Shown: in pieces, positions 12,438 to 25,600 of the stretch
Position numbering within the stretch: the first letter of the stretch is position 1
Layout: each line of letters opens with the position of its first letter
NCBI GenBank assembly: GCA_965644295.1
Contig: CBFFRP010000289.1
Coordinates: 1 to 64,000, forward strand
Length of the DNA: 64,000 nucleotides
Source of the DNA: Paraphysomonas bandaiensis
Lineage: Eukaryota; Protista; Chrysophyceae
Direction of reading: 5' to 3'
Position numbers and translations under genes: made by a program
Notes under the pieces: generated by a model
What the model saw: the letters and a program-made list of their open reading frames with translations, nothing else
Told to the model about the DNA's origin: nothing
Databases searched by the model: none

Positions 12438-13264
12438 ATGAATAAATCACCTCTGTATGTTATATTTGACTTTGACTGGTCGCTCATAAATGAGAACTCT
12501 GATACCTGGGTAAGCGAAGCAACCAGTCACTTGCACACTCACCTCTGACAGAGATTGATACACAGGTGGTGCAGACTCTCGCTCCTGATCTATACACAGA
12601 GCTAAGTGAGTTGGCGAGGAATGATGAAAGCGGGTTTAAGAATCAGTGGACCAAACTCATGGATCACATTGTAGGCAGAATGATGACAGAGCGCGGCGTG
12701 TCGATCGGTAGTCTCAATGAAGCCTTACGTAATATTCCCATATTCAAAGAGATCGTTACAGCTATTAAGCTTGTCCATATGTCCGGTGCAAGATTAGCTA
12801 TATTAAGTGACGCGAATATGCACTATATATCTGTTATTCTGGACCACTTGGGCATAGCAGACTGCTTTTCTGATATTGTATCTAACAAGGCTGAAATAGA
12901 GAGCCCAACACAGTCCACTCAAACTCTCCGTATATTTCCGTATCAAAACGCTACTTCTCCACATCGGTGCGCTCTCTGCCCCTCCAACCTCTGCAAGGGC
13001 GGAGTTCTAGATTCCTGGAGAGCGACTGTCAGCGAGAATACCGGTAATAGTGCTGCCCACAGAGTTGTGTATATCGGAGATGGACGGGGGGACTTCTGTC
13101 CGTCATTACGTCTTGCAACAACAGACATAGTTTTGTGCAGGGAGGGATGGGCACTACACAATGCTATTCAGCAATCGTCTTCTGTTTGTGCTCAGGTTAT
13201 TCCATGGTCAACTGGTGGGGACGTATTGCGCGTGTTGGAGTTAATATTACAGGACTCCATATAG
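12438..13264 (+). CDS. HAD phosphatase, PHOSPHO1/2 (pyridoxal-phosphate/phosphoethanolamine phosphatase) family; intron 12510-12565
   Basis: IFDFDWSLINENSDTW (motif I), ILSDANMHYI, CPSNLCKG, YIGDGRGDFCP. Confidence 0.9.
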
Positions 13265-14365
13265 CTAGAACGGTGATAGATAACCTATTTTTAATCGTTA
13301 GTCATGAGCAACAGAATAATATAATAATTACATGAGATATACAACTATGTTTGTGTTAGTGATTCAGTAATTCCTACTTCGAGAGTGTTTGACGTTAGTT
13401 CAGAGCCCCATTACCGAAGAGTGTACAGTAATGCAGCAGCGACTGGGATCTGGTATGTACCACTAATGGCCACAACCATCAAACCTCCTAGGGTTTTATC
13501 AGTTTTCGAAATATTACATTTTCTTTGACCTTTCAGACTTGGTACGGTAAAACGGTAATTGTTATACATAACACTAATACTGGAATTTTGCAGTTCGTAA
13601 TCATTGCAGTAGCCATCAATAATTCCGTTATGTAGTCATAGAATAAAACCAACCTAGTGACTACATCTCAATGCTACGATCTTTTTATTTTGATTCAGCG
13701 GTAAGGAATTCTTTTAGATCTGATGCAGCAGGAAACAATTTCCACGGCGAAATTAAAATTGCTCATTGTGGTCGTTTAGACTTATGGTAAGGTCTAATGT
13801 AGAGGCTCTCGAAGAATGGGGTTTACTAGGAGTTAAGAGTTGGAGGGATACAGTTTCAGTCTAATTCCTTCATGATATTGAGAATTGTCCCATGTGAGTT
13901 GGGATTGATGACAGGGTATATACATGACCCTTGCAGATACAATAAAGATATATATTAGTACCCTATCCAATGCTTGCTTAGCTTTCGAGATCATAGATCC
14001 GGTACAAAGTGGGTTCAAAGAAGTTGGACAGGAGAGTATCGTGAATTTGATGCGCGACACGATTATAGATATCATATCTTGTGATTGTCCACTGCGGCGC
14101 AAGGTGTCCGTAAATTGGGCAGGGTAGCAGGCAGCTCTGGAGTTTATGTGGTGTACGGGGGGCAGTATTCCGCTCTTGCAGCCGTATGTACGGATTGTAG
14201 TATGCTACGTACACAGTGATGCTGTATACGGTATACCAGTATACGGCGGTATACGTGTACTGTTCCATCCTATTCACCACTCTGCGCAGCTGCCCTCTGC
14301 ACACTGCTCTCCTGTATATATATATATAAACATACAGGAAGGTCAAGTTACTCTCACATAACTCC

Positions 14366-17092
14366 ATGTGGGCCATCGAGTATGCGCACCCCTCTCATAA
14401 TGGAGGACATGTGGTGGTATCTCTTAGGGGCTCTCATATCGTTGTTGCCCGGAGAGATGGGGACGTCGTGTTCCCTAATGACAACAGCGTGTCCAGAAAA
14501 CACGCCCAACTGCAGGTGTCTAGTGAGGGGGTGTTTATCATTGATTCCAAGTCTTCTTTTGGCACATATGTGAACGGAGAGCGCATAGCCCCCCATCAGA
14601 GGGTGCCTCTCGCTTCAGAAGACTGCCTCAAGTTCGGTAATGACGCCAGCGCAGTGGTCTTGAGGAAATTATCATTTAAATTTTGCCCCACAAGACTAGA
14701 CAAGAGCGAAAAGGATAGACTAAAGAAAATGGCTAAGGCTGTTGGGGCTGTAATTGTCAAAAGCATAGATGACTGTACTCACTTATTTTGCAATAAGTTT
14801 TCCGCCACTGTGAAGACACTGACCGCAATTGTCATGAGAAAGCCGATAGTAAACCTCCAGTGGTTGGAATCATTTGCATTACCAGATGGCGTTGCAGTTA
14901 CTATACCAGATACCATGAAGTAAGTGCAATATAAATGTGTATAAGTTTAGCAGGGTAGAGTGATAGACGTCAACTTATGGATACGAATATGTGCTAAAAC
15001 TCACTGTATTGTGTTAGGTTTTGTCCAGACGGTACCAGTGTTATGACCCCTCCGTCGATTCTTATGTCGCCTCGCGACAACTTACTGCAGAAATTCGTCG
15101 TTCTTATTCCGCATGTCAGAGACGTAAGTGCACACTTCTGTCAAAATGGGGTGTTAGTGTATTGCGTGCTTTTGTCAGGAGCAATATAGGAGCATTCTTA
15201 CCCATTGTGGCGCTGAAGTTTATTCTCTAGTAAGTACGACATTGTCAAGGACTGTATTTTCTACGCCCTCTGTGCTGATGATATTGATATCGTGTATATT
15301 TTGTAGTATGTAAATAACAACACAGCCGGTGATTTGGAGGTTGAAGCCAGACGATTGCTGAGCACCTGCAAAGATCGTGACGCAGTTGTTTTCCTTGATG
15401 AGTGTTACGGTCCAGATGTACAGGTATTTGAAATCTAGTTCTATGTCATTTTTCTGTGATTGCTATGGCTCCACGCATCCAACCGCATGTGTGGTTTAGA
15501 AGTTGTGGTTGTAGATATGAGCCTCTTATATTTTTGTGGTGATTGTTTCAGCTTGCATGCATTTAATATCCATTAATTCTTCCTGGTTGATATACTACAG
15601 ACTACAAAACTGGTGCAACAGCTACGCGTTAGCTTTTTAGGATCTGGGGATTTGGCTACGGCGGTCTTTAGATTGACACCGCCAGTCCTGATAACGAATG
15701 GTTACTTTCCTTTTGTATTTGGGGTTAACGCTAATATATTTGATATAGAGATGTTGTCTCAACGGGCTTTAAGTCAGTACCAATCTCAGATGAACTCTCA
15801 GTCAAACATGTTATCGCAGATACATGCCTGCGGTGAACCCGAGCCCAAGGGGTATCTCCCTGAAGAAAACTGTGATGGTTTCAATCGCAGTACTACGCTG
15901 GTTCAGTCTGAAGTTATAAATGCCTGTGAAGATTGTAATTTTACTGACGAAGAAGGACACAAAGAAAAAGTTCAAACGAAAGAAATTATTATTGAAGAAA
16001 AAAGTGGAGAACAACTACCTGCGCATCAGGCGGAAGGAATCGCGGTGGAGTCCAAGGAAGTATCAGATCAAGCTCCGCTGCGAGAGATGACACTTAAAAA
16101 AGAAATCGAAGAAGAGGAATTTAATTTTAAAGGCGTCCAATGCGTTGGTGACGATAAGAGACTACCTAAAGAAGAGTATGATAGACAGATCCCCGTAATT
16201 CGTTATGATGAAGACGAAGCTCACATACATTTTTCACATGCACGAGAAAAAGAGGTTGCCACCAAAAAGTGTGATACAAGCATGGATGCTGGAGATAATA
16301 TTCCACGATGTCGATTGAAGAGAAGTATTGGTAAAAAGTCCTACTTTGGTGTTCTTGTGTCATATATTTTATTTACAGGTAATGTTGAGGACTGCATCCG
16401 TGCAAAGCGGTCGAAACCCGATCAATCACTCGCTGAAGATTACCAAGATCTACCTCAGGGTTTGTTGATCGATGTTGAATGTAGTGGCTCGCCAAGCGAT
16501 GGCAATGGCGTAGTTTCAACAGGACGACCACAACCTGATGCAGATGGATGGATTTCACTTTCTTGCCACTCTTCTGGATACGAAGTATCACATACCCTCA
16601 TAGGTGATGAGAGGTGTCTTGAGGCTGATCCAGAGTGCTCAAGCAGTAATACGTACATGCAACCAGTTGTTATTGAGAAGACATTTCAACTCAGAACCCC
16701 TGTTAGTGGCTCTATCGGCAACGCCAATAGCTCTGACATGTCCTGGTCTAGCAAGAAAGACAATAAACGATTTAAGAAAAATATTGTGCGGAGAGTAAGC
16801 GGTGCGCCACTCAGGCTACAGAACATGGTGCGCGTTCTTCCAAAGGAAAGCGAGCGAGAAATTCTGGTAAGGTTGATGTGTGTGGCTTGAAGTGTGCACT
16901 AATGTTCTAATATCTATTTGGGTAGTTACGCCAAAACTATGAACAGGAAGCACAATCATTGGCAGACAAAGATACATTATTTTCCGACAGGTATATATTT
17001 TGTAAAAGTTTTTAATGCTTTCATTCATTGGTGGTTCAATGTTCAGAGTTAAAAGTGCAAAGAAAACACAGAAAAGGTTATTTGGTTTTTGA
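14366..17092 (+). CDS. NBS1: Nibrin/NBS1 (MRN complex), multi-exon
   Basis: N-terminal FHA (SVSRKHA, SSFGTYVNG), BRCT (CTHL...TVKTLTAI...PIV..QW), long acidic linker, C-terminal NKRFKKN Mre11-binding-like motif and DTLF tail. Confidence 0.82.
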
Positions 17093-17462
17093 CGATCGTT
17101 TAAAATCGTCTGTTGTGAGTGCGATGCACGTAGTTAGTGTATCCTGTGTTTTGCACAACTAGATGGTCATGTGCGTGTGTCCACTATATGTTTTCTAATG
17201 TTCGTTTGTAGTCGTAGTAAATAGTTGTGTAGCTGTAGTATATATATAATAAAAATTTTTGGGCAATCTAGATTTTATTATCAACATATGACATATTTGA
17301 GTGGGTAAACTTAATAACTTTAAATTAATTGAACGTTGGGCTCACCCAATAATCAATAAGTAAAATTATAATGAACATCTTTTTCTGAGTACTACAATAT
17401 GATGTGATATATGTATTGCGCAATAGAAGTGAGTTAATAGTGTGCAACATGTGAAATCAACT

Positions 17463-17651
17463 TGTTGAAGGTCTTTTATTTAGAAATAGGCGTTAAAAAC
17501 TCGTTCCAATATAGTGGCTAGTTGAATGCTAGATCTACTAGTTAGACCTCTACCCATAACTAATCAGCACAAATTCTATTATCCTACTATTTAGCGCTAC
17601 AGAAGTTGCTTGTGCGTCGCCGCAAGCACCAAGGTGCAACCACTTCCGTTC
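17463..17651 (+). repeat. Repeat family A copy (double-hairpin core)
   Basis: Near-identical to 49410-49605 and to the reverse complement of about 37110-37280. Confidence 0.85.
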
Positions 17652-17704
17652 ATGAAATCAACTTATAGGTAAATACAGTTACAAATTATGAAGTGACTAT
17701 ATAA

Positions 17705-18797
17705 CAGGGCTGCGTATCAATTAATTGTCAATTATTGAAATTGGGACATCAAATCATAATTGCAATATTATAATTGACTCCAGCTTGATTCAATTAATTG
17801 ATGTTTAAAACCCCACTTTTTTATTCTAAAAAGTTGTTAAAAAACAGCATTTTTAGGATAAAAATCGAAGATAGGTGAAAGTCTATAATATCCATAGGAT
17901 TATCTATTATCTCCTATAGTAATTCATTTAACTTAATTAGCGATAAATGAGCGACAAACTAGCACCAGAAGTCATTGCACGAGTGTTATTAGAGAAAGTA
18001 AATGATAATAACAACGGCGAGGCTGCAATAGAGATTTGTCCTGTAGGAAAAGGGGCTCCACATTTTCCGTGTTTGACCGCTACTTGCTTCTATCATTCGA
18101 GTTTGGTTCCCACGTGTTAAGTCTAATGCCAAGAAGTAAAAAGGAGCATGCCAAGCTCGTGCAATACGGGAGGAATAGGAATTGTTTCAACTAGTATCCT
18201 TACAATATTACAGAAGTAAGGTAAGCACCAGCTTGACCTCTACGACGTTTGTACATTATTTGACGAACCCTTCATAATGCACCCGATTGTTGAGCGTCAT
18301 CTGGGCGACAGCGCTGCTATTATTCTTAACGTTGCTTTCGAAAAGGCAGTCGTGAGATTCAATGTGGCAACGAAAGGATCAAACTAAAATATTTTTGCTC
18401 GATGAGGAAGAAGAAGATTATGACGGTGCGAGTCTAGTTCCGAATGATGACGCAGCGCAACGTTTGATGGTAGCAGGCAGCGGAAGCGAGCAAGACTCGT
18501 TACCGCAGCATGCCACAATCAATAAGGTTGAAAGGTTGTTCAGTATTCCGTAGAGCTACGACTGTTATGACGGGCTTGCTCAAGAGCTTTACTCCTCAAC
18601 ATTTAAGAGCTAATTATGTTTTTACGCATGAATCGTCGCCTCTGGAATGAAATGACAGTTGAGGTAGCTTTATTGGCAGCTAGTGTATTTTAGTACTAAA
18701 AATAATTGCAATGATTGAAATTGAGACAGTAAGTAATAAATTATAATTGACTACAACCTGTGTCAATTAATTGGTAATTAATTGATACGCAGCCCTG
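17705..18797 (+). mobile_element. Non-autonomous hAT DNA transposon (1093 bp)
   Basis: 22-bp TIR CAGGGCTGCGTATCAATTAATT; perfect 8-bp TSD CTATATAA (17697-17704, 18798-18805); decayed transposase with NKVERLFS and MFLRMN dimerisation remnants. Confidence 0.92.
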
Positions 18798-19035
18798 CTA
18801 TATAAGATATAAATACGGTATAGGAGTGACTGGTGATCATATGATAAACAGGACTTTCTGAGAACAATGTTCACGAGATGTTACATGAATATGTTAAAAA
18901 GTGTTGAGATTAATATTTATAAGTTTTTCTTAGAAGTACATAGTGTGCAACAAAGCAATAAGGTTAAGGTTAAGGTTAAAGTGTAGAGCAAGGTCAGCAT
19001 CAAAGAAAATTTATATTCTAACAGTAGTGAGTATC

Positions 19036-19196
19036 TTGTTATTAGCAATAGATGTGTAAGAGTTAGAACTAATTTAGTATTGCAATTTAACTACTAACGC
19101 AGTGAGAAAAGAATGTTGATATATCTGACATCTGCTAACTTCAGGATTTTGAGTCCTTAAGATGAACAGCCCGAATGCTTGACTTCAGGAGGCATT
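19036..19196 (+). repeat. Repeat family A, internally deleted copy
   Basis: AAGAGTTAGAACTAATTT matches about 32634. GCAGTGAG..AATGTTGATATA..ATGCTTGACTTCAG matches modules at 32075, 32790 and 55090-55190. Confidence 0.65.
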
Positions 19197-19730
19197 CTTT
19201 TCTCATCGTTCATTGATATTCGCTGTAGTTATATTATTTCAACTACCACTCAATATTATCATACTTTAATATTTCAGAATTCATAAAGCCTACCAACTTC
19301 AATGACCATTCGATTTTAATAAAGGTGATATCTGCATACCACGCGGGATAAAATTTTATCCTGATATGTATGGCTAATGTTATTTAAACTTAATACCACA
19401 TGTCGTACTAAATTTTTCTTCGCGCAATGTTTTGGCTTTAACGTGATGTGTCTGCAATTATTTCGATTAAGTTTCCAACTACTGCAGGATTAAGCAATTA
19501 CGAAAATGGGTAACAGCAAAATGGTATGAGTCCATCGTTCAATTAGGCATGTAGACCCTTCGATCGACAGTGTATTATTACTAGATACTTTAATTCATGT
19601 CTTTATATAGCAGTGAGAATATAAACACGATGGTGAAGTACAAATATACTCCACCATATATCTACTATATATAACATACGAAGTATACATAATTATAGTG
19701 CACTCTAGCCTCATGTGATCCTGTAATCGA

Positions 19731-20776
19731 TTATTTTTTCCATTCGAAGTACACAATCAAAGAGGACTCCTTATCCCACACGTCGTAGCATACGTCTTTG
19801 AGAAGAATCGCACCATGCAGTTGGACTATCTGTATGGAAACCAATGTCAGACAGGTACAAAAGTAGCTAAGACTACAAATGAAAACAAGAACTATGCTCA
19901 AATAAATAATAGCAACAAAACTATTTTAAGTCAAAAAGCAAACACCAAAAAATGGGATCGTTCGACTTCTCACCTGTCCATTGCATGACATACTAAACTG
20001 GATGTTATTCACATCGCAACCAACAAAGCTTTCATCAAGGACAATATAATGCTTCAGTACGTTTAGTGTCCAAACTGCAGGGGCACAGAGATAAGGTCGT
20101 TTTAGTTGCAGTTCGCCAACCTGTGAATAGCGATTACTTCACAACGAAGCGGTGTAGTAATGCTTGCGAATTAGGCTTCTATATGGCGCGAATCAATTCA
20201 ATACAATTATACCAGAGCGGTTTCATTTGTACCACGTACATGTTGCAGGCCTAAGTTCACATAGTCATCATTTCTGGTAGCTGTTCGCTTCGAACCGGAA
20301 AGTGTCTGTGGTTTATAAGACCTAGATTTGCATGACGCTGCTCTAGACGCAATTTCGTCAGCTGAAAGCGGCGGAGGTAAACCTTTTCTAATTTCGGCAG
20401 CTTTTTCTCGTATAGCCATGACATGTTTTTCATGGCTCTCGCGGGCCTGTTCAAGTATTTGTTGGGATTCAATCGATTCTCTCTCTACTTCTTCTAGTAT
20501 CGGCTGCACGGTATTGACAATACCAGCAACCACAGAGTCCTGTTGAAAGTACCGCTTGGAGGGGATATTTATGACGCAGATGGGACAGCTCAATTTATCA
20601 GTCCTGTTATCGCAGATACCACTAGCACAATCACGGCAGAATCTGTGCAAGCACAGTTTGAGCACAGAGGTGTTGACGAGGGGCGCCAGACACACAGGAC
20701 AGATAAGGAGCGACCGCAGCTTGGAGGCAGATATATGGCCCGTATCGCTGTACCGCTCTCTTAGATCATTGCTCAT
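19731..20776 (-). CDS. C3HC4 RING E3 ligase with C-terminal RAWUL/ubiquitin-like domain (RING1/PCGF-like)
   Basis: CPVC..CLHRFCRDC..CPIC RING; later exons read ELQLKRPYLCAPAVWTLNVLKHYI and LLKDVCYDVW..SLIVYF, as in RAWUL domains. Confidence 0.7.
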
Positions 20777-21270
20777 ATCAGTCACAGCCTGTGCACTATA
20801 AGCTACACGCTGTGAGTGTGAGTGGATTCCATTGCTGTGCTCTGCGGTGTTGTGCTCTTTCGGGTTGGTCTGGTATGGACACTGCTGGGAGTCGTACTCT
20901 GCTGTATTATGTAGAGTACAGCAGCTGTGAAGTGGGTAGATATTCTTGCTTCTGTACGGCTCAAACCGGCATCATGTGAAGTATATGTACATGTGTATGT
21001 ACTATATGTAGGATTCCTACCCGCGTATCGGCATCCGGTGTATATTTTTGTTCACATATGCCTCTAATATTGAGACAACAATTATGTGTAATACAGCCGT
21101 AGTTGTATGTAAGTAATATAGAGTATTTTTATTACAATTAATTACCGAATAATAAGATGCTGACTGCCGATACGCGTGTACTGCTGTGTGTGTGTATCGC
21201 ATCATATCATACGCACATATCTGTACCCACAGGGACAGTTCTGAAGTCACTACACTCAATAAATATTGTC

Positions 21271-21783
21271 ATGAATTTCTTCAGCAGGTCGGATAGTACT
21301 GAAGGCGTTATATGTCCGAAGATGGACCCTCCATTGATGACACCCTCGATTGAAACTGCAGATCTGTGTCTGGGATGATTCTGGGGGCCTGATGTCGAGT
21401 TCAGTGCTATGAACGGCGTCAGGCAAGTTACCGTCGGATATGCCGGAGGAAAGAAAGAGTTTCCCACTTATCGGTCAATTAAAGACCACACAGAGGCTGT
21501 TAGAGTGGAGTATGACCCTGCTGTTATATCGTATGCTGGGATACTGCAGTCATATTTCGATCAAGTAGGAGGGAGCATGTTCTACCCTAGCTTCAGCAGA
21601 CAATACAGAAATGCGATTTTGGTGCATAATGATGAACAACGCCGTGTCGCTAAGTCGATGATTTCGAAGTATGCAGCCAATGGGAGGGAAGTCCACCTCG
21701 CCATAGAAGACGCAACGGACTTCTATCGTGGCGAAGAATATCACCAGAAGTACCTTATTAAATCTCAACGGTCGAGCCTATAA
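21271..21783 (+). CDS. msrA: Peptide methionine sulfoxide reductase A, selenocysteine form (TGA 21376-21378)
   Basis: One frame from ATG 21271: ...DLCLG-TGA-FWGPD...VGYAGG..PTY...DHTEAVRVEYDP...QYRNAI...FYRGEEYHQKY. TGA replaces the catalytic Cys of GCFWG. Confidence 0.9.
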
Positions 21784-21803
21784 CATGTTCGTACGAATAT
21801 ATA

Positions 21804-21857
21804 CACATCCACAGAATGGCAGCAAATGAATCTATATTTGCTAGATATGTGGACGTG
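21804..21857 (+). promoter_or_regulatory. Candidate SECIS-like hairpin in the msrA 3' UTR
   Basis: Lower stem CACATCCACA/TGTGGACGTG, internal loop with ATGG/AGA, upper stem AGCAAATG/TATTTGCT, loop starting AA. Core and stem length are non-canonical. Confidence 0.45.
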
Positions 21858-22605
21858 CTTAACTTACTTCTATGGTATTCGCAGAACCTAATAGCTGTAT
21901 GATTTTTGAAAATAAGAGATTGTTCTCGTGAAATATGTATATATGGAAACATTTCTTACAAGAAAATTTCAATTAGAATTTACAGTTCTGCAATACAAAT
22001 AAAAAAATATGAACCCGACGTTGGTTAGTAACTAAGACACAGAAGTAGGCTAAGACCGTACGTCATAACTCGTTTTCAAATTCTCAATATTTTAACGCTC
22101 TTCGAGTAAAGAATGTTGCATAAATGTCCATCCTCTAAGGAGAAGCTGATCAAACTTAAGTAGTGACTTATGTTACAATGATAGTAATTGACCTAGTTTT
22201 TGAAGTATGCAGAATGCATAGACAACTGAATCAAGTAAACTCAGTACTCTCTTAAATAAAATTGTGATAACCTGGTGAAGTACTTTCATGTTTCTGCTGC
22301 ACATCATACTACTGTATTATGAATCTCTAATGAGATTAAAGATGATAATAAATAAAAATGTCTCCAGCTACGTGCAATAGTAATCTAGAAGACAGTGAAA
22401 CAAAATTATCCACTAAGGTCATAATATGAACTTTGCTCATGAGACCAGATAAAAACACCAATATCGCGAAGACAGAACTAGTCAATACTTCAGTAATTAT
22501 TAATCATATTATTACGTGATAACTACTATCACAGAATGATAAATAGTTTGATACTCACCACACCTGGTACCGCGGTATTGAATACACAAAATAGACTGGG
22601 ATAAG

Positions 22606-25600
22606 TCAATACAATCTATCCTCAGTTATATTTTTGCGCAGACCACGTTTTCCTCTCTGAGCCACAACTGTGTATAGTGACACAAGAAGATTTAAGACTC
22701 TAAATATTGCCATATTCAATAAAACTATGTAAAAGCAATACCACTTCGTCTTTCCTCCCCACCCAAACAAGTTTAAGTAAGCCTCATATGTAGAGTAGTA
22801 CACCTTTGGCCCATCAATAGTTGGGAAAGCGTCGTCATTATGAGCATACTCATTGATAAAAAGGCCCTGTGAGAACCATCGAATAATGCTTACACTTGGC
22901 AACCAAGACCTCATCCACTCGGGATAAGTGGCAGGTTTGAAAATGAGGCCCGAGAAAAAAAAGAGCAAGAGGGATACGCCTGGAATGACGCTGTACGCAC
23001 TTCGCACATCAGGTAACGTGTACACAATAGTAGTAACCATAGTTGTCCCAGCAAGCATAATCATCCAGGTTGTAAGATAGTAGAAGCCCGCGCCTGCATA
23101 CATATTATTGAACTCAGAATGAAACTTACGAGACATACGTACCATCCTCATTGAGCTCAAGAATTTCATGAACGATAACTGCATACACGAAGGCTTGCAC
23201 TGTGCGCAATAACATCAGAGGTAAATCGTCAACGATCCAATGGATAAAAGCAGAGTAAAGACCACGCGAATGTTCTCGAAGGAAAACCTGTGTAAAACGT
23301 CAGGAAATTATACAACTGCAAAAATTATGCAGCACCTCATTGTTGTGGAATAGAAAGAACACGAACTGGACATTGGATATGATGAGTAGCAGTGCTCCCA
23401 TAGCAAAAACTGCGGTGACCGCGGAAGCCTCATCCGTGGATTCGCCCAAAATCCACCCAAAGTTGAATGCGATAAATAATGCAACGATTGTCGATCCAAC
23501 CACGAGCTTGTATCTCTTCATGAGAGTATACCATGAACGTCTCAACAAAATTCCAGCTTTCCTGCTCTCCAAAGATAGATCCATGTTCTTGACATTTTGC
23601 ACCGCATTACTTACGGACTCCATAAACAAAGCACACATGAGCATCTTGGACGACCCACCCTTAGGACATACAGTACTTTCCTCGCGCCCAATGTCAAACG
23701 AGGACACTGGAGTGCCCTGTGACCCGTCCGAGTTTACCCTTTGATCTTTTCGCACAGAGCCTGATTCCAGAGATGAGTTTATAGAGGAACCTGTGGAAGC
23801 AGGCAACCCTGCCATAAGCGGATTGTTGAATGACTGAACGCCACGGGAGTTAAAATTAGAAGCCAGGAGATCTGATGTATCAGGGGGGACATAACGTTCG
23901 CATAGCTCGCTCTCCTTGTAGTAGTGCTCCAGTACAGGGGCATCCACATATTCCCCCTACATGAGCATATGATTAAGGCAGCAACAATGGAAGGAAATAA
24001 AAACCTTCCTATTGTGAATCAGAGAGCCTGATACATCGAAAAGAAAGTCCGCAGGGTTAGCATATTCACTGAAATCAAACTGTAGCTCGGGCGCGTCTAA
24101 AAAGAATGCTGCTGCTTCATCGGCTCTTCCCATATAGATCAAACGCCCCTTGCTCAGCAAACACAGGGTGTCGAACAGTTCAAACACGGCTGCCGACGGC
24201 TGCAGAATATTATCCTTCATATATCAATATAGCATATTTATGGTACCTGATGCATTGTCGCAATAACAGTACGCTCTTGGTTGACCAGCTCTCTCAATGT
24301 ACCAGTCATGATTATTGATGCGTCCTTGACGTTAAGATTGGATATTGGCTCGTCAATCAGAACCAGCTCCGGGCCATGTACAATTTCTTCCGCGATCGAG
24401 AGGCGCCTACGCTGACCGAATGTCAAATCCTTTGTTCTGACGTCCATGACACTACCGTGTATACAATATATCAGAAAAGTCAACATTTCGTTTCGGAAAC
24501 ACTCACTCAGTTAATTGTAAAAGCTCCAATGTCTGCTTCACGTTGAGACCAACTTGCTTAAACACAGTTCGATCTGCACATCGTAACTGCATGGCATACG
24601 TAACGACATCGCTGACTGAGAGGTCACGAAGGTGCTCATCAACCGCTTCAACAAACGCACATCGCTGCCATGGGGGTATGTTTTTATTAATCGGTTTTCC
24701 GTTGTAGAAAACTGTGCCATTGACAGTGGTGGCTGTTCCCATGTGTTGTCCCCCCAGAATATGTAGTAGAGACGACTTTCCTGCACCCTCGGCACCCATA
24801 ATAGCACTGAGCTTACCCCAGTCGAACCTTCCTGTGACTCTGTTCAGTACATTCTTGTAGCCCACTGGACTCCGCCTGTCTGGCACACGGAATGTTACAT
24901 TACTAAAAAATACAGTGGGACCTTGTGCAACACCGTCTCCTTCTAGACCCGTCGCAGAAGGCTGGGATGTAATATGCGTTTTTCCGGTCACAGATGACTC
25001 ACGTAGAAATATATTAGGCTTAACAGGCTCAGTCAAACGACTAGAAAATCGAACATCTTCAAACTCCGACTGACGCTCCTCCTCGGTTAACTTCTCTGTG
25101 CGTCGTCGAAGTGTGTTGGGTGCAGGAATAAGCGCTAGAAACAATACAGCCAAATCGAATATAAGGAAGTTGATAAGAATAGGGTATACTTTGTGTTTGT
25201 GAAAGGTATCGAAGCTGTATCCAGAGAGAAACTTATCACCGTCAGGATAGGAGGCGAACTTCCAAACCATGAGAGCCTCATAAGCCCAACGCAAGGGATT
25301 TATGACAGATATGTCCACAATGGCATCTTCCATAGCATTTTGCTGAAACATAAAACCCGATGTCATGGAGTTCATGAACAAACAAAATAGGAAGAAATCT
25401 CTGACGATGATCTCGCGTCGCGAAACAGCTGCAAACATGAGGGCAGTGGTAAATCCCAGAACAGAAGTTAAAGCATGCACGCCCATGTAGAAGAAGTAGT
25501 TATCAACGCCAGATTTCATATTGGACATGTAGTATGATATATTCGAGAATACAAGTCCGAAAAATATAGTGAACGGCACCTCGGAAACAAATATTGCCAC

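Noticed and set aside
13400-14376. Small overlapping ORFs upstream of NBS1
   Set aside because: I could not assemble a spliced frame with any recognisable motif.
18959-18980. (TAAGGT)3 as an interstitial telomere
   Set aside because: Too short and not an exact telomeric unit; plausibly a simple microsatellite.
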